Positions 60,386 through 64,000 of a stretch of 64,000 nt of DNA are shown here, piece by piece. The position numbers were made by a program, and so were the translations under genes. The notes below the pieces were generated by a model. The model did not search any database. It was not told the DNA's origin and saw only the letters and a program-made list of their open reading frames with translations. The stretch's first letter is position 1, and each line of letters begins with the position of its first letter. The stretch is from an uncultured delta proteobacterium (GTDB lineage: Bacteria > Myxococcota_A > Polyangia > Fen-1088), in NCBI GenBank assembly GCA_963755125.1, contig CAVWIP010000015.1:224001-288000 (forward strand), in the 5' to 3' direction.

Positions 60386-61162
60386 ATGCTTAGATATGCG
60401 GGTTCACCCGTGCGTATTTCCCTATCATCGCTGTCTGGCCGCCGTTGCACTGCCACTGCAGGCAATCCAGTCGCTTGCCGGGACGGAGAGACCGGCGCGG
60501 TTCTCGTCATCGTCATGCTGGCCATCATCGGGCTGCTCGGGATCGGCTTGGCAGGCGTGTTCCTCACCGGGGGCAATGTCCAGCTTGCCTCCAACTCCAA
60601 CATACGCAACCAGGCCCTGTACGTGGCCGAGGCTGGTCTCGAACGAGCCCGCGATATCTTGAATGGCCCGACCCCGCCCAATTTCCCAGCCATGCTGGGC
60701 GGCACCGGGCACGTGGCCTATCCGGCAGACGAGATACCAAGCGCGTCGCACGGTTGCGGCCAGCCGGGCGGCCGAGGCGCCATTCTGCTAGATGCGTCCG
60801 GTGTTCCCCTGTACAACCTAACCTATCCGTCCGCCGTGTCCCGTGCTGAGCCCCTGCCGGACAACCCCAACGGAGCGCCCAACACCTACATGGGCAGCTA
60901 CACCGTCTACGTTCGTAACGATACCGCCGAATGCCGGAAGGGCCAGTACGTGACCGACACCAACCAGATGGTGGTGCTGCGGTCCGAGGGAACCGCTTTC
61001 GACAACAGGACGGTGGTGGTTCTCGAGGTCGTCATGGGAATTGCGGGTGGGGGCGCGACGAGTTCGAGCGGAGCCGGTGGTGTCAATCAGGTCCTGTGCA
61101 ACTCGGGCAAGAACTCCTGCGACGATAACAATTCCGTCCTCAACGATATCGTCGTGAACTGA
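60386..61162 (+). CDS. PilX N-terminal domain (minor pilin-like) protein
   Basis: [18 protein letters not shown]...[13 protein letters not shown]; start uncertain. Confidence 0.8.
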   Translation: MLRYAGSPVRISLSSLSGRRCTATAGNPVACRDGETGAVLVIVMLAIIGLLGIGLAGVFLTGGNVQLASNSNIRNQALYVAEAGLERARDILNGPTPPNFPAMLGGTGHVAYPADEIPSASHGCGQPGGRGAILLDASGVPLYNLTYPSAVSRAEPLPDNPNGAPNTYMGSYTVYVRNDTAECRKGQYVTDTNQMVVLRSEGTAFDNRTVVVLEVVMGIAGGGATSSSGAGGVNQVLCNSGKNSCDDNNSVLNDIVVN

Positions 61163-61227
61163 CGTGGCGCCCGGTCCAGCGCGCGTCCGTCCGGCGTGGG
61201 CCGTGGTATGAAGAAGCTGCGTTCTGC

Positions 61228-62085
61228 ATGAGCCGCATTGACGCCAGCTTCGAGGTTTGCGCCTTGTTCGGGCTTCCCGCCCGCCACTCGGTGGGGCCCG
61301 CTTTGCACAACGCCGCGTTTGAAGCCCTGAACTTGCCGCTTGTGTATGTCGCGCACGAGGTCGAGTCGGCGCGGCTGGCCGAAGCCTTTGCCGGCGCTCG
61401 CTCGATGGGCTACCGCGGCCTTTCCATCACCATGCCGCACAAGGTGGCCGCTCTCGCTCTGGTCGACGACATCGACGATACGGCTGGTGCCATCGGCTGC
61501 ATCAACACCGTGGTCATGAAGGACGGTCGCTTGCGTGGCGCGAACGTCGACGGGCTGGGTGCGCTGGGCGCCCTTCGTCAAGCTGGCGCAGATCCGGCGG
61601 GCCGTCGGGTGCTCTTGCTGGGATCCGGAGGAGCGGCGCGCGCCCTGGCCATCACCATCGGGCTGCACGCCAAGCCGGCCGAATTGCTCATCCTGGGCGC
61701 CATCGAGGACGAACTGGCGCGTCTGGCGCACGACGTGGTCGAGCGCACCGGCTGTCCCGTCTCGGCCGACTTGCTGACCGACGCCAGCTTGGCCGCCGGT
61801 TTGGGCAAGGCGCAGATCCTGCTTCATTGCACGCCGGTGGGCATGAAGCCCGACAGCGAGCGCAGCCTGGTGCCGCGCGAGGGTCTGCGTTCTGACCTGG
61901 TGGTCTTCGATGCCGTGTACAACCCGCGCCGGACGTTGCTCCTTCGCCACGCCGCCGCGGCGGGGTGCCGGGTGATCGAGGGGACCGAGATGTTCCTGGG
62001 TCAGGCCGCCTTGCAGTTCGAGATGTGGACCGGCAGGCCGGCGCCCACCGACATCATGCGCCGGGTGCTGGACGCACGGCTATGA
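61228..62085 (+). CDS. aroE: Shikimate dehydrogenase
   Basis: HS..P.LHN, ITMPHK, IGCINT, NVDG, LGSGGAARA, DAVYNP, GTEMFLGQA. Confidence 0.95.
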   Translation: MSRIDASFEVCALFGLPARHSVGPALHNAAFEALNLPLVYVAHEVESARLAEAFAGARSMGYRGLSITMPHKVAALALVDDIDDTAGAIGCINTVVMKDGRLRGANVDGLGALGALRQAGADPAGRRVLLLGSGGAARALAITIGLHAKPAELLILGAIEDELARLAHDVVERTGCPVSADLLTDASLAAGLGKAQILLHCTPVGMKPDSERSLVPREGLRSDLVVFDAVYNPRRTLLLRHAAAAGCRVIEGTEMFLGQAALQFEMWTGRPAPTDIMRRVLDARL

Positions 62086-62594
62086 ATCTGGTGCTGATCG
62101 GATACCGGGGCACCGGCAAGAGCGTGATCGCGCGCCGGCTGGCCCGCATGCTGGGCCGGCCGGTGGTGAGTCTGGACAAGGAAATCGTGCGGCTGGCGGG
62201 CAAAAGTATTCCCGATCTCGTCGCCGAGCGCGGTTGGGATCATTTTCGCGATCTGGAACAACAGATCTGTCGCCGCTGCGGCGCCCAGGATGGAGAGATC
62301 CTCGATTGTGGCGGCGGCGTGGTCGAGCGCGAAGCCAACGCCGCGGCCTTGCGCGAGCACGGGCGCGTGTTCTGGCTCAGGGCCACTCCGGCCAGCATCG
62401 TCGCGCGCATCGGCCGCGATAACAATCGCCCGTCACTGACCGGCGGAAAAAGCTTTACCCAAGAGGTGAGCGAAGTGTTGCAGCGGCGCACCCCGCTGTA
62501 TCAGGCCATGGCCCACGAGGTGATTGAGACCGATGATCGGAGAGTGGCTGACATCGCGGCTGAGATCGCGCAGCGCTGGCGCAGCGGGAGCTAG
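62082..62594 (+). CDS. aroK: Shikimate kinase
   Basis: LIGYRGTGKS, FRDLE, CGGGVV, RPSL, RTPLY; ATGA overlap with aroE. Confidence 0.95.
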   Translation: MNLVLIGYRGTGKSVIARRLARMLGRPVVSLDKEIVRLAGKSIPDLVAERGWDHFRDLEQQICRRCGAQDGEILDCGGGVVEREANAAALREHGRVFWLRATPASIVARIGRDNNRPSLTGGKSFTQEVSEVLQRRTPLYQAMAHEVIETDDRRVADIAAEIAQRWRSGS

Positions 62595-64000
62595 TGCCGC
62601 CGGGCCACGATCTCTTCGATGCGCGTGAGCAGGTCGCCGTCGCGCAGGGTGACCGTCACGTTGGCACCCCGGTGCAGGCCGGCGCAGCTTCGCAACAACT
62701 GACCGTCAGGCCCACGGGCCAGACTGTAGCCGCGATCCAGCACCTTGAGCGGCGACAGGGCGTCGACCTTGCCGGCGAGTGCTTCCAGGGTGCGGCGTCG
62801 GTGCGCCAGCAGGGAGGTGCCCGAGGTGATCAGGCGCCGCTCGGCCGCGGCCAAGGCGGCGCGCTGATCGGCGATGCGGCGCTGGGGATGCGAACGGAAG
62901 AGGCGCGCCTCGACCGCGCGCAGGTCAGCGCGACGTCGGGCGGTGGTGGCGCGCAGGGCACGGGCCGCGCGCTCCACGAAGTCGTCGAGACCCTGGCGGC
63001 GTAGGTCGATGAGTCGGCGCGGATCGCCGAGCGCGGCTCGCGCCCGTTCCAGGCGCAAACGCAGGGCGCGCGTCTCGGCGTGCAAGGCGCGACCCATGCG
63101 CCGACCCAGAAGCTGCAACTCGGCCAGCAGGTCAGCCGCCACCGGCACGGCCAACTCGGCCGCGGCCGAGGGCGTGGGCGCGCGCAGGTCGGCCACGAAG
63201 TCGGCGATGGTGAAATCGGTCTCGTGGCCGACCGCCGAGATCACCGGGATCGGGCAGGCGGCGATGGCTCGCGCCAGGGCCTCGTCGTTGAAGGCCCACA
63301 GATCTTCCATCGAGCCGCCCCCGCGCGCCACGATGACCACGTCTACATCAGGAACCTTCACGATTTCGGCCAGGGCCGCCACGATGGCGGCGGCTGCGCC
63401 CTCGCCCTGCACCGGTGTGGGCGCCAGCAGGATGGGCACGGGGAAGCGACGGTGCGCCACGCGCACGATGTCGCGAATCACGGCACCCTGGGCCGAGGTC
63501 ACCACGCCCAGCCGGCGCGGCAGAAAGGGCAGGGGCCGCTTGCGCTCGGGATCGAACAGACCCTCGGCCGCCAAGCTCTGCTTGAGCTGCTCGAATGCCA
63601 GCGCCAGCGCGCCGGCGCCCGCCGGCTCGATTGCGTGCACCGAGAGCTGGAAGCGGCCACGTGCCTCGTAGATGGTCAGGCGGCCACGGCAGCGCACTTG
63701 CTGCCCGTCTTGCAAGCGAAAGCGCAGGCGGGCCGCCTCGCGTGCGTACATCACGCAGTCCAGTTGCGCTTCGGCGTCCTTCAGGGTGAAGTAGAGATGT
63801 CCGTTGGCCGAGCGCTTGAGGCCGGAAATTTCGCCTTCCACGCGTAGATCGGCGAAGCGGGATTCCAGCGTCAGGCGGGCCGCGCGCACCAACTCAGACA
63901 CCGCGAAGACGCGGGTTTCCTGGGGCGCAGGCGATTCTCCAGCCGGCGGGCCGTTCGCAGGCGCTTCGTGGGTCGCTGCTTGTCGGCCATCCTGGGGAGG
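62591..64000 (-). CDS. xseA: Exodeoxyribonuclease VII large subunit (5'-partial)
   Basis: VEGEIS, GHLYFTLKD, RGGGSMEDLWAFN, SAVGHETD, RAPTPSAAAE, LSPLKVLDRGY; frame open to the window edge. Confidence 0.96.
   Translation of the reverse strand, partial: PPQDGRQAATHEAPANGPPAGESPAPQETRVFAVSELVRAARLTLESRFADLRVEGEISGLKRSANGHLYFTLKDAEAQLDCVMYAREAARLRFRLQDGQQVRCRGRLTIYEARGRFQLSVHAIEPAGAGALALAFEQLKQSLAAEGLFDPERKRPLPFLPRRLGVVTSAQGAVIRDIVRVAHRRFPVPILLAPTPVQGEGAAAAIVAALAEIVKVPDVDVVIVARGGGSMEDLWAFNDEALARAIAACPIPVISAVGHETDFTIADFVADLRAPTPSAAAELAVPVAADLLAELQLLGRRMGRALHAETRALRLRLERARAALGDPRRLIDLRRQGLDDFVERAARALRATTARRRADLRAVEARLFRSHPQRRIADQRAALAAAERRLITSGTSLLAHRRRTLEALAGKVDALSPLKVLDRGYSLARGPDGQLLRSCAGLHRGANVTVTLRDGDLLTRIEEIVARRH

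Overview
Window from a high-GC bacterium, most likely Myxococcota (Polyangia-like), inferred from myxobacterial Cys-rich repeats, a fibro-slime domain and Gly/'DAG'-rich lipoproteins. Core genes sit at both edges: a partial methyltransferase/coiled-coil gene and tRNA-Leu(CAG) on the left; copA, a PilX-like gene, aroE, aroK and xseA on the right. Between them lies a ~57 kb accessory region anchored at the tRNA. A 57-bp copy of the tRNA 3' part recurs at 42684-42740, and each copy is followed by a related, inactivated tyrosine integrase. The region holds about 24 lipobox-bearing lipoprotein genes plus several truncated ones. These are interleaved with co-oriented, degenerate pieces of what looks like one mobile-element backbone: ~11 copies of a 'TTAGCTA...GGGG-TATGTCG' repeat, five ihfB copies or fragments, two further repeat families, a sigma-like gene, an AT-hook/Zn-finger gene and a triplicated lipoprotein module. 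My best reading (inference) is a head-to-tail array of serially integrated elements whose backbones decayed while their variable surface-protein cargo was kept, giving an integron-like lipoprotein depot. Intact IS5- and IS21-family elements with target-site duplications, several IS fragments and a MITE-like inverted repeat are also present. All calls were made by eye, without database searches.
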